Source: Planctomycetota bacterium (GTDB lineage: Bacteria; Planctomycetota; UBA1135; UBA2386). From it: a stretch of 64,000 nt of DNA. The first letter of the stretch is position 1, and each line of letters starts with the position of its first letter. The stretch lies in the NCBI GenBank assembly GCA_965223545.1, contig OZ245006.1, positions 2,592,001 through 2,656,000 on the forward strand. The letters run 5' to 3'. The notes under the pieces are model-generated. The model was not told where the DNA came from. It saw nothing but the letters and a program-made list of their open reading frames with translations, and did not search any database. Below are positions 19,533-28,518 of this stretch, in pieces. Made by a program: the position numbers and the translations under genes.

Positions 19533-20783
19533 ACGAACACGGCAACGCGCCAGGACTCGGGCGCCGATGCGGGCCCGTGGGCAGCTTTCGATGACGCTGC
19601 GTGGCGGCAGCGCATGCGGCGGGCCGACGTCGCCGACGAGCTGTTCTTGCCGCTCGACAACAGCCGCTGGAACCGGTCGCGGTTGCGGCTGGTGCCCGGG
19701 GAGCGCGGTGCGGCGCGGACGCGGATCACCGGCGTGCGGTTCTTGGCCGCCGACCCGGCGCGCGAGGATCTCGAGCCCGAGCGCGCGGTGCAGAACGACT
19801 TTCATCGGCTGCTGAGCTCGCTGATCAAGCTGCGCGACGAGCCTTCGGGGCACGGGCTGGCGCTGTCAGGAGAGACCTTCCGCACGTCACCGCGCGGGGA
19901 CGTGCGGCGGTTGCGCTTCGGGCTGCGGCGGCCGCGGCCGGATGCAGCGAAGAACGACGAGCGCCGCGACGCGCGGCGTTGCTATCGGGCCGCGCGGCGG
20001 GCGATCCGGCGCGCCGGCTTCGTCGTCGAGCACCCCAGCACGGGGTTCGACAGCCGTACCGGGCTCGCCGGCTTGCGGGAGTGGACGGACCAGCTGCGGC
20101 TGCGGCGACGGCGGGTGTGGTGGCCCTGGCTTCTGCTGTTGCCGTTGTTGGCGTTGATTCCCAAGTGCGAGCCCGACGCGGCGTTCTTCGGCGCGCCGAT
20201 CGACACCGGTGGCGTGCTGCTGCTGGTCGACCGCAGCGGCAGCATGGAGCAGCACTTCTCCTCGCTGCGCGCCGAGGCCGGCCGCGTCCTCGACGAGCTG
20301 ATCGAGGGCGGGGGCAGCCACTTCAACGTCATCGCCTACGACTCCGGCGCGGAGAGCTGCTTGGGCAGCATGTTGCCGCTCGACGAGAGCACGGCGGAAC
20401 GGCTGCGGGCGTTCCTCGAGGGCCTGCGCTCGGGCGGCGGCACCAACCTCGCCTCGGGGATGGAGGTCGCCGCCCGCGAGGTCGCGCAATTCGGCAAGCC
20501 GACCACCCTGATCGTCCTCACCGACGCGCAGGACGGCAGCATCGACCAGATGCTGGCCGACGGCACGGCCACGCGCGGCGCGTTCGCCGGCATCGAGACG
20601 CGCACCTACGGCCTCACCCCGCGGCTCTACGCACCGGCCAACGCCGTCACCGACGCCAACGCACCAGCACCATCGCCCGCGCCTGCCGCGGCGTCGCAGC
20701 CACAGAGCCAAGAGGAAGAACGGCTCGGCCGGCTCGCCGAGCTGCTCGGCGGCCACTTCGGCGCGCGCGCCCCAACGCAATAG
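19533..20783 (+). CDS. Membrane-anchored von Willebrand factor A domain protein (SrfA-position gene)
   Basis: RRRRVWWPWLLLLPLLALIP TM; MIDAS DRSGSM...GGTNL...LIVLTD; start uncertain (ACG 19533 after GGAGG, or ATG 19434/19614). Confidence 0.8.
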   Translation, partial: TNTATRQDSGADAGPWAAFDDAAWRQRMRRADVADELFLPLDNSRWNRSRLRLVPGERGAARTRITGVRFLAADPAREDLEPERAVQNDFHRLLSSLIKLRDEPSGHGLALSGETFRTSPRGDVRRLRFGLRRPRPDAAKNDERRDARRCYRAARRAIRRAGFVVEHPSTGFDSRTGLAGLREWTDQLRLRRRRVWWPWLLLLPLLALIPKCEPDAAFFGAPIDTGGVLLLVDRSGSMEQHFSSLRAEAGRVLDELIEGGGSHFNVIAYDSGAESCLGSMLPLDESTAERLRAFLEGLRSGGGTNLASGMEVAAREVAQFGKPTTLIVLTDAQDGSIDQMLADGTATRGAFAGIETRTYGLTPRLYAPANAVTDANAPAPSPAPAAASQPQSQEEERLGRLAELLGGHFGARAPTQ

Positions 20784-20823
20784 CCCAGCACCAGCAACCA
20801 GCCCCGCACCGAACGCCCAGATC

Positions 20824-22905
20824 ATGATCCCCGAAGCGACCATCGAAGCGATCAACGCGGTGCGCACCGCGTTCCTCGACGCCGTGCAGACCGCGCGGGA
20901 GACGCCCAGCTTCCGCACGCTCTGCAACACCTCGGCCGAGCTCGCCGCCGAGCTCGACCGCATCGCCGCGATCGGCGAGCACCGGCACGTGCGCGGCACC
21001 TGCACCGGCGCGATGACGTGCGCGGTGATCGGCTCGAGCGGGCACGGCAAGACCACGATCCTCGACGAGATGTTCCCCGGGCTCGGCGCCCGCGGCTGGC
21101 TCGAGACCGACGTCACCGACACCACGTCGCAGGCGCTGCGGCTGCGCTACGCGCCGCCCGGCGACCCGCGCGCGGACGAGGTGCTGGTCAACTCCTGGTC
21201 CATCCGCCAGATCAAGCACCTGCTCGACCACGACGACGTGCGCCAGCAGAACGAGAACGACAACATCGAGGTCAGCTTCCTCGAGGATTCGGTGATCGTC
21301 GACGGCACCGGCACGACGCTGGATGCGCGCGACCTCGCCGACTGGCGCTATCCGCGCCGCGTCGAGCTGCACCCGTTTGCCGCGCCGTACGAGGCCGGCG
21401 CCAGCGAGAGCCGGGACCGCAAGTTCATCCGCTCGCTGACCGTCAAGGAGCAGTCCGCGGTGCTCGACCCCGGCCCCGTCCTGACGCACGGCGGGCGCAG
21501 CTACAACGCGCTGCAGCTGCGCGCCCTGGTCGAGTCCGTCGACCTGCGCGACGACTTCTCCCAGCTGCGCCAGTGGGCCGGCGAAGGCGCGGCGCGCAGC
21601 GCGGTGGAGACGCTCACCTTCGTCGACACGCCGGGATTGGCCGTCAGCAGCGTGGTGAAGGACGAGGTGCTGCGCCACTTCCTCGGCAAGAAGAGCAACC
21701 AGATCGCGCTCGAGCTGCTGCGCAACGACGAGCTCGACATCGTGGTGCATCTCGTGCTGTGCGGGCAGAAGTCGCAGTTCGACGCCCTGTGGACCGAGAT
21801 CGAGCGCGAGTGCGGCCGGGCCGAGATGGAGGGCATCGCCGAGCGCCTGATCCTGGCGATCAACGGCATGAACATCTACTTCACCAACCCCGACATCCGC
21901 GCCAAGTACACCGATCCGGCGACCACCGCCCGCGAGGGCGACCACTTCGCCGCCACGCTGGAGGACAACATCCTGCAGCGCATGAGCCCGCGCGGGCACC
22001 TGCGGCCGGCGCGCATCGTGTTCCTCGACTCGGCCAACATCGTCAACGCGTTCGGCGACTACAAGGAGTTCTACGCCCGCCACCGGCCGACGATGGAGGC
22101 GTGGGCCGAGCCCGGCGGCGCCGGCCACGACACGCTGGCGCGGCTGGGCTGCGCCGAGGCGTTCCGCGAGAACATCGACGCCCTGGCCGACCCCGAGGAC
22201 CGCGGCCAGGGCCACCTGGTGCGCACCTTGCTCGCGCTGATCGGCGAGCGCGGCACCGGCATCCTGGCGCGCAAGCACTTGGCGCGCACCGGCCTGCTCG
22301 AGGGCATCGATGCCCTGCACGAGCTGCTCGGCCGCTACTACGACGCGCGCGGCCAGCTCAACACCGCCGCCGCGGACGAGGCGCTGGCGCAGTGCCTCGG
22401 CTTCCTCGACCGGCGCGACCTCACTTGCATCGAGCAGTTCGCGCGCGCCGAGATCGATCCCTACATCGACGGGCTGGTGTGCCAGGAGGACGAGGACGCC
22501 GGTGACGACTGGGTGCGCCAGGCGTTCGAGCGCACCTGCGAGCTGGTCAAGGAGGCGATCATCGACGCCAACCAGAGCAAGCTGCCGGCCGCGATTTGGA
22601 CCGAGTTCGGCCGCCTGTTCGACGAGCGGGCGAATGCGTGGTGTGCTCGCTGGGGCTACGCCGAGAGCGAGCTGCCGCCGCCGGACAGCGGCGCCGGCAC
22701 GCGCGACTTGGTCGCCCACAGCCTGAGCCTGCACGCCCGCGAGATTCTCTACCAACTGCTGACCAGCGAGACGGGGGGCGATGCCACCCGCAGCTTCGCT
22801 CAAACCGAAGCGGACCGGGCGGCGATCGAGACCACGCTGCGCGCGCTCGAGCAGGCGCGCACCGACGGCCAGACGCTCTGCACCAAGCACGGGGTCCAAG
22901 CATGA
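20824..22905 (+). CDS. Dynamin-like / SrfC-like P-loop GTPase
   Basis: G1 AVIGSSGHGKTT, G2-like TDTTS, G3 TFVDTPG, G4-like LAINGMN, helical C-terminus. Confidence 0.75.
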   Translation: MIPEATIEAINAVRTAFLDAVQTARETPSFRTLCNTSAELAAELDRIAAIGEHRHVRGTCTGAMTCAVIGSSGHGKTTILDEMFPGLGARGWLETDVTDTTSQALRLRYAPPGDPRADEVLVNSWSIRQIKHLLDHDDVRQQNENDNIEVSFLEDSVIVDGTGTTLDARDLADWRYPRRVELHPFAAPYEAGASESRDRKFIRSLTVKEQSAVLDPGPVLTHGGRSYNALQLRALVESVDLRDDFSQLRQWAGEGAARSAVETLTFVDTPGLAVSSVVKDEVLRHFLGKKSNQIALELLRNDELDIVVHLVLCGQKSQFDALWTEIERECGRAEMEGIAERLILAINGMNIYFTNPDIRAKYTDPATTAREGDHFAATLEDNILQRMSPRGHLRPARIVFLDSANIVNAFGDYKEFYARHRPTMEAWAEPGGAGHDTLARLGCAEAFRENIDALADPEDRGQGHLVRTLLALIGERGTGILARKHLARTGLLEGIDALHELLGRYYDARGQLNTAAADEALAQCLGFLDRRDLTCIEQFARAEIDPYIDGLVCQEDEDAGDDWVRQAFERTCELVKEAIIDANQSKLPAAIWTEFGRLFDERANAWCARWGYAESELPPPDSGAGTRDLVAHSLSLHAREILYQLLTSETGGDATRSFAQTEADRAAIETTLRALEQARTDGQTLCTKHGVQA

Positions 22906-25316
22906 AGCCCGCACCACCACAGTCTTCCACCGCCGCCAACCGCCCCAGCAGCTACCACTGGATCGTCCTGCCCAACACCGGGGTGCAAATCTGCCGCGGC
23001 TTCCCGATCGCGGGCTCGCTCGAGCAAGAAGCGGAGCGGCTCTTCGAGTCGGCGACCAAGCTGGCGAACAAGCAGACCGAGAGCGAGGCGTTGCGACTGA
23101 TCGAGGAGCACATCGCCTGCAACCAGGACCTCGACGCGACCCCGTGGGTCCAGTGCGACCCCAACGAGTTCGTGTTCTACCGGCTGCGGCGCGCCGGCGG
23201 CGAGCTGCAGCTCGACCTGGTGATGGACACCTGCAACGGCGCCGGCGCGCAGGCCGGCAACCGTGTGCCGCTGCGCGTCGACGGCCGCGCGCTCTCGCTG
23301 CGGCGGCCGCAACCGTTGGCCGAGATCTACGTCGAGCACCACCAGAACGCCCGCAACGAGCTGGGCAGCTTGATCGTCGACTTCGGCAACACCGGCAGTG
23401 CTTTCGTGTTCTCGCGCGACGGGGCCGGCCCGCTGCAGGCGCGCATCGTCGAGGCCAACAACCCGTTCGACCCCGACTACCGCAGCCGCGGCGACGCCGA
23501 GCGCCACGTGCTGCGCTCCAACATGATCGTGCTCCGCGTCAGCCCCAACGAGCACGAGACGCCGTGGATCGTGCTCGGCCAACGCGCCGAAGAGCTCATC
23601 AGGAGCCACCCGCTGACCAGCTACCTGTACGCGCCGAAGAAATACGTGCGCGACTGGCCCGAGGCGCTGCGCGCGCCGGAGCCGACGATGAAGTTCCGCG
23701 GCATCTGCGGCCAGCGCGTCGGCCTGCACCCGATGCTGCACTTCGTGCGCACGACGCTGGACCAGATGTTCCAGCACGTGCTGGCCTCGCTCACCAACCC
23801 GCAGTTCACCTCGGACGCGCCCGACTTCTATCCGCAGATCGGGCGGGTGATGCTGACCTATCCGCTGACCTGGCGGCGGGTCGACCGGCAGCTGTTCCAG
23901 AAGCTCGTACACGACACCGCGACGCGGCTGCTGGCGCACGAGGGCGAGCGCGGCGAGCAGTTCGAAGTCGAGCTGATCTGCAGCGAGCCGGTGGCGGTCG
24001 CCGCCTACGTGCTGTGGGAGACGATCTTCCACTACGAGGCCCCCAACCTGCGGCTGGCGGCGGCTACCCTGGGCAACACAACCGGCGCGCCCAACCTGCG
24101 CATGCTGGTACTCGACATCGGCGGCGGCTCGACCGACATCGCCTGCGTCGACATCGGTTGGAACGTCAAGACCGAGGACGGCTCCGTCGACGTCACCTTC
24201 AAGATGATCGAGTCGATGCGCTTCAACCGCGCCGGCGACCGGCTGTCGCACATCATCGCCACCGCGATCGTGCGATTCTTGGCCGAGAAGTACGACCTGC
24301 AAGAGCCACTGGACTTCCTGGCCGAGTCGCGCGAGCCCGCGTTCACGCTGACGCAGAAGCGCCAGGCGGTGTCGCGGATCTCGCTACTGGCGGAAGAGTG
24401 CAAGCGCGCCGTCGCCGGCGCGGAGGGCGAGTGGCAGCTCGAGGCCGAGGCCGAGCAAGAGCTGGTGGCCTGCTTCGCCCCGCTCCTCGATGGCGAGGGC
24501 TGGCGCGACCGCGCGGCCCAGCGCCCGTTCTTGCGCATCACCGAGGACACCCTGCGGACTTGGTTGAGCCAAGACAGCCAGTCGCTGTCGCTGGAGACCA
24601 ACGGCGAGCCGGGCTTCCAGGACATCTTCGTCTACCTGGGCGAGCTGCGCCGCTCGCTGGCCGCCAAGGGGCGCGACCCGCACGTGGTGATCCTCAGCGG
24701 ACGCACCACGCGCCTCGGCCTACTGCGCACGCTCGCCGCCAAGAGCCTGCGCCTGCCGCTGCACCGCGTGCGCACCTTGGACGGAATCCTGCCGGATTCC
24801 CTGCGCCGCAACGGCCAGCTCAGTTTGGACAAGCTGGCGGTCGTGTTCGGCGCCCAGCGGTTCCGCTTCGGCGACCACATCCGTTTCATCGCGCTGCCGG
24901 AAGAGGCGATCTTCAACCGCTACATCGGCACCGTGCGCGAGAGCCGCACCGGCCTGCGCCTCAATCGCATCCTGATCGAGCCCGGCGACAGCACACCGCG
25001 CTCGATCCGCGTCACCGTCGAGCCGGCGCGCGACGTCCGCATTGGGCACGCCTTTCGCAACAACGGCAGCGCCCAAGTCATCGCCAACCTGTCCAACCGA
25101 TCGCACAGCGAGGCGTTCGAGGTCGAGCTCGAGGTGCTCGACGACTTCTCGGTGCGGATGGCACCGCACGACCACGTCCTGCTCAGCGAGTGGGTGCCCG
25201 GCGGCAACGACTTCGTGGTCGACAACTTCAACGACACCGGCCGCATCGACCGCGAGCCCGCGGGGCTGCTGAGCGGGGTCGTCGACGCCAACCGCGACGC
25301 CTGGCTGGTGGACTGA
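22902..25316 (+). CDS. SrfB-like actin/Hsp70-fold ATPase
   Basis: LIVDFGNTGS (phosphate 1), LTYP, SEPVAVA, LVLDIGGGSTDIA (phosphate 2), FNRAGD, VILSGRTTRL, KLAVVFGA; ATGA overlap with GTPase stop. Confidence 0.8.
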   Translation: MKPAPPQSSTAANRPSSYHWIVLPNTGVQICRGFPIAGSLEQEAERLFESATKLANKQTESEALRLIEEHIACNQDLDATPWVQCDPNEFVFYRLRRAGGELQLDLVMDTCNGAGAQAGNRVPLRVDGRALSLRRPQPLAEIYVEHHQNARNELGSLIVDFGNTGSAFVFSRDGAGPLQARIVEANNPFDPDYRSRGDAERHVLRSNMIVLRVSPNEHETPWIVLGQRAEELIRSHPLTSYLYAPKKYVRDWPEALRAPEPTMKFRGICGQRVGLHPMLHFVRTTLDQMFQHVLASLTNPQFTSDAPDFYPQIGRVMLTYPLTWRRVDRQLFQKLVHDTATRLLAHEGERGEQFEVELICSEPVAVAAYVLWETIFHYEAPNLRLAAATLGNTTGAPNLRMLVLDIGGGSTDIACVDIGWNVKTEDGSVDVTFKMIESMRFNRAGDRLSHIIATAIVRFLAEKYDLQEPLDFLAESREPAFTLTQKRQAVSRISLLAEECKRAVAGAEGEWQLEAEAEQELVACFAPLLDGEGWRDRAAQRPFLRITEDTLRTWLSQDSQSLSLETNGEPGFQDIFVYLGELRRSLAAKGRDPHVVILSGRTTRLGLLRTLAAKSLRLPLHRVRTLDGILPDSLRRNGQLSLDKLAVVFGAQRFRFGDHIRFIALPEEAIFNRYIGTVRESRTGLRLNRILIEPGDSTPRSIRVTVEPARDVRIGHAFRNNGSAQVIANLSNRSHSEAFEVELEVLDDFSVRMAPHDHVLLSEWVPGGNDFVVDNFNDTGRIDREPAGLLSGVVDANRDAWLVD

Positions 25317-25370
25317 CGCTCTTCGAATCCAGGCGGCCGAGGGCACGCGCGGCTACGATGCGCAGCCACG

Positions 25371-26192
25371 ATGACCGACGACCAATCTCCGGGCTACGTG
25401 CACGGCTTCACGCCCGAGGAGCAGGACCGACTGTACCGCCAGGCGCGCAAGCTCGAGTTCGAGATCCACGACCGACTGCCGTTCCGCCGCGCCCGCCAGC
25501 TATTGGAGATCGGCTGCGGAGTCGGCGCGCAGACCGAGATCCTGCTGCGGCACTTCCCCGACATCCACGTCACCGGCGTCGACCGCAACCCCCAGAGCCT
25601 CGAGCGCGCGGCGCAGCACCTGGCGGACCTGCCCTGGGCGACCGACCGCTACCGGCACGAGCTGGTCGACGCCGAGGGCCTGCCGTTCGAGGCCGCCAAG
25701 TTCGACGCCGCCTTCTTGTGCTGGATCCTCGAGCACACCGGCGACCCCGCGCGCGTGCTGTCCGAGGCGCGCCGCGTGCTGCGCCCCGGCTCGCCGATCG
25801 TCGTCACCGAGGTGCAGAACGCGACCTTCTTCCTCGACCCGTACAGCCCGGCGACGTGGCGCTATTGGATGGCGTTCAACGACTACCAGCTCGAGCTGGG
25901 CGGCGACCCCTTCGTCGGCGCCAAGCTGGGCAACCTGCTGCAGGCGGTCGGCTACCGCGACATCGTCACCGAGGTGCGGACGCTCCACCTCGACAACCGC
26001 CAGCCGGGCGAGCGCGCCGAGCTGATCGCCTCCTGGAGTGAACTCCTGATGAGCGGCGCCGACGGCATGGTCGACGCCGGCCGCATCCCGCGCTCCGACG
26101 TCGACGAAATGCGGCGCGAGCTACAGCGCGTGTCGCGAGACCCCAACGCCGTGTTCTTCTACTCGTTCGTGCAAGCCCGCGCGACGGTCTAG
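25371..26192 (+). CDS. Class I SAM-dependent methyltransferase
   Basis: YVHG..EQDRL, LLEIGCGVG, LPFEAAKFD, RRVLRPG. Confidence 0.9.
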   Translation: MTDDQSPGYVHGFTPEEQDRLYRQARKLEFEIHDRLPFRRARQLLEIGCGVGAQTEILLRHFPDIHVTGVDRNPQSLERAAQHLADLPWATDRYRHELVDAEGLPFEAAKFDAAFLCWILEHTGDPARVLSEARRVLRPGSPIVVTEVQNATFFLDPYSPATWRYWMAFNDYQLELGGDPFVGAKLGNLLQAVGYRDIVTEVRTLHLDNRQPGERAELIASWSELLMSGADGMVDAGRIPRSDVDEMRRELQRVSRDPNAVFFYSFVQARATV

Positions 26193-26225
26193 AGTGAACG
26201 TACGGAGCCAGGCTCCCATTCATCA
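26192..26225 (+). repeat. REP-like dispersed repeat
   Basis: GAGTGAACGTACGGAGCCAGGCTCCCATTCATCA; near-identical to rc of 6841-6874. Confidence 0.8.
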
Positions 26226-26248
26226 CGTTCGCGCGACCCTCACCGGAA

Positions 26249-26371
26249 TCAGGGCTCGCCGGTGGCGACGGCTTGGATGCCGAACCAAACCGCCGCGAGG
26301 ATGCCGATCAGGATCAACACGAACACGAAGCCCGGGACGCGGACTTCCGGTGACTGCTGTGGGTCGCTCAT
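26249..26371 (-). CDS. 40-aa single-TM small protein coupled to lptG
   Basis: ATGA overlap with lptG stop; MSDPQQSPEVRVPGFVFVLILIGILAAVWFGIQAVATGEP. Confidence 0.6.
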   Translation of the reverse strand: MSDPQQSPEVRVPGFVFVLILIGILAAVWFGIQAVATGEP

Positions 26372-27450
26372 GTGCGCATACTCGAAAACATCACCAGGCC
26401 CAGCGACGAGAACACGATCATCGGCGCCCAGGCCGCGACCACCGGGTGCAAGAACTCACCCCGGCCGAGGTTCTGGAACGCGAGGTCGGCGATCAAGTAG
26501 GCGGCGCAGATGGCGATCGCCAAGATCACGCGGCCCACTTTACTGCCCCGTTCGAAGTGCACCGCGAATGGCAGCGCCAACAGCAGCAGCACGACGTTGG
26601 CCAACGGCCAGGTGAAGTGGTAGTGAAACGATATCTCTAGATCGGTGCGGCCAGGACTCATGCGGCGCAGCGCGACCAGGTCGGAATAGCTCAGCACCGA
26701 GGCCATGTCGGCCTCCTTGCCGACCAGCTCGACCAACGCCGGCGTCGCGCCCTCCAACATGACCTCGGCCTCCGGTGAGCTGAGGTCGCCGACCTCCCGC
26801 TTGCCGTCGACCAGCTCCCACACACCGCGCTCGGGATTCCAGTCCGCCAGCTGCGCGGTGACCACGGTGTGGTCGCCCTGACCGCTGCCGCGATCGAGCA
26901 CCAACACGTCGTGCATGCGCTGCCGCTGCGCGTCGTAGCGCGTGGCAAACAAGCGCTGACCGCGGTTCGCGCTGACCAGCGTCAGCGGCCGCGGCGGCAG
27001 CTCGTCTTCGTTGTCCAGCGTGCTCCCCAGCTGCTGGATCGAGCCGGCGAGGGGCGGCAGCACGAACTCCCACACCGCCGCCATGCTCGCCGCGGACAAG
27101 AGCGCCACGGTCACCGCCGGCCGCAAGATCCGCATCATGCTGCGGCCGGTGAACACCATCGGCCCGATCTCGTTCGAGCCCATCAGCCGCGAAATCGCGA
27201 ACATGCTGGCAATCACGGTGACGAAGGGCGCGACGATGACGAAGACCAGCGGCACCCGCACCAGCTGGAGCTCCAGCCACACCAACAAGAGCTCGAACAT
27301 GCCGAGGTCGTTGCGCTCGGCAGCTTCGCGGTACTTGCTCATACCGAGCAGCAAGTCGTAGACCGCCCACAGCACCATGACGAACAGCAGGGTGGCGCCG
27401 TACGAGCCGAACACCGCGCGCGCCACGTAGCGATCCAGCCGGCCGAACAT
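26368..27450 (-). CDS. lptG: LPS export ABC transporter permease LptG
   Basis: MFGRLDRYV start, RLMGSNEI...GRSMMRILRP, three N- and three C-terminal TMs, LHPVVAAWAP. Confidence 0.85.
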   Translation of the reverse strand: MFGRLDRYVARAVFGSYGATLLFVMVLWAVYDLLLGMSKYREAAERNDLGMFELLLVWLELQLVRVPLVFVIVAPFVTVIASMFAISRLMGSNEIGPMVFTGRSMMRILRPAVTVALLSAASMAAVWEFVLPPLAGSIQQLGSTLDNEDELPPRPLTLVSANRGQRLFATRYDAQRQRMHDVLVLDRGSGQGDHTVVTAQLADWNPERGVWELVDGKREVGDLSSPEAEVMLEGATPALVELVGKEADMASVLSYSDLVALRRMSPGRTDLEISFHYHFTWPLANVVLLLLALPFAVHFERGSKVGRVILAIAICAAYLIADLAFQNLGRGEFLHPVVAAWAPMIVFSSLGLVMFSSMRT

Positions 27451-28490
27451 CACACTCTCAGCAAGCGCCAGCAGAAGGGGGCACCGAGCAGACCGATCAC
27501 CATCGCCGGCAGCCAGGCCAACCACGGCTGGTCCCAGCTGCGCACCAACGACGGTGCGATCAACACACAACCGTAGAACAGCACCAACGGCACCATGGCG
27601 AACAGGATCGCCGTCATGCGCCCGCGGTCCCGCGCCAACACACCGATGCAGAAGCCGATCGGCGTCAGCAGAAACGGCATCAGCGCGAAGCACGAGCGCT
27701 GGTGCACGGTGTAGCGCGCGCCACCGGGGTTCTCGTGCACGCCGCGCTCGACCTCGGCCAGCAGCTGGTCGCTGGTGATGTCCTTGTCACCCTCGTTGCG
27801 CCGCTTGCCTTCGTTGAACTCGCGCATCGAGAACGACAGCCCCGACCGCCCCGACAACCGCCCGGTGGCGCCGTGCAGCAGCTCCAGCTTCTCGGTGGCA
27901 AGCGTCATCGTCTCGCCGTCGGCCGACAGATCCAGCCAAGCCTCCTTGGCCGAGATCAGCTGGCCCGGCCGACGGATCAAGACATCGTGCAGGTGGCCGC
28001 GCTCGTCATCGCGCTCCCAAGTGATCACGGTGCGCCCGAAGGCGACCTTGTTGCCCGACATCTGCGTGTTGACCAGGAAGTTGCGGATGATCTCGCTGGT
28101 CACGCGGTACTTGTAGTAGTGGGCCCAGGGGATCATGTAGTGCTGGGCGTAGCTGCCGCCGATCGAGAACAAGAGCCCGATCAGCACGGCGGAGACCATC
28201 GGCACGCGCGGGCTGATGCCGGCGGCGCGGATCGCGGTGATCTCACGGTCCTGGGAAGCGCGGGCGAAGGCCAGTACCGAGGCCATCAACAGCGAGATGG
28301 TCAGCAGGTGCGGGAAGGTGTCGGCGGCGTAGAAGAAGGTGATCGCCGCAGCGGACACGAGGTCCGCGCCCTTGGCCCGGTCGATGCCGCGGTAGACCAT
28401 CGCCACCAGCACGATGCCGAACAGCACCGCGAACGTCAGGAACGCGTTCGCCGCCACTTCCTTGAGGTAGTATCGGTGCAGCTTCCACAT
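27450..28490 (-). CDS. lptF: LPS export ABC transporter permease LptF
   Basis: LHRYYLKE, QDREITAIRAAGIS, WLAWLP; TGATG overlap with lptG. Confidence 0.85.
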   Translation of the reverse strand: MWKLHRYYLKEVAANAFLTFAVLFGIVLVAMVYRGIDRAKGADLVSAAAITFFYAADTFPHLLTISLLMASVLAFARASQDREITAIRAAGISPRVPMVSAVLIGLLFSIGGSYAQHYMIPWAHYYKYRVTSEIIRNFLVNTQMSGNKVAFGRTVITWERDDERGHLHDVLIRRPGQLISAKEAWLDLSADGETMTLATEKLELLHGATGRLSGRSGLSFSMREFNEGKRRNEGDKDITSDQLLAEVERGVHENPGGARYTVHQRSCFALMPFLLTPIGFCIGVLARDRGRMTAILFAMVPLVLFYGCVLIAPSLVRSWDQPWLAWLPAMVIGLLGAPFCWRLLRV

Positions 28491-28518
28491 CGTGGACGGC
28501 CGGATGATTGACCAGGCG

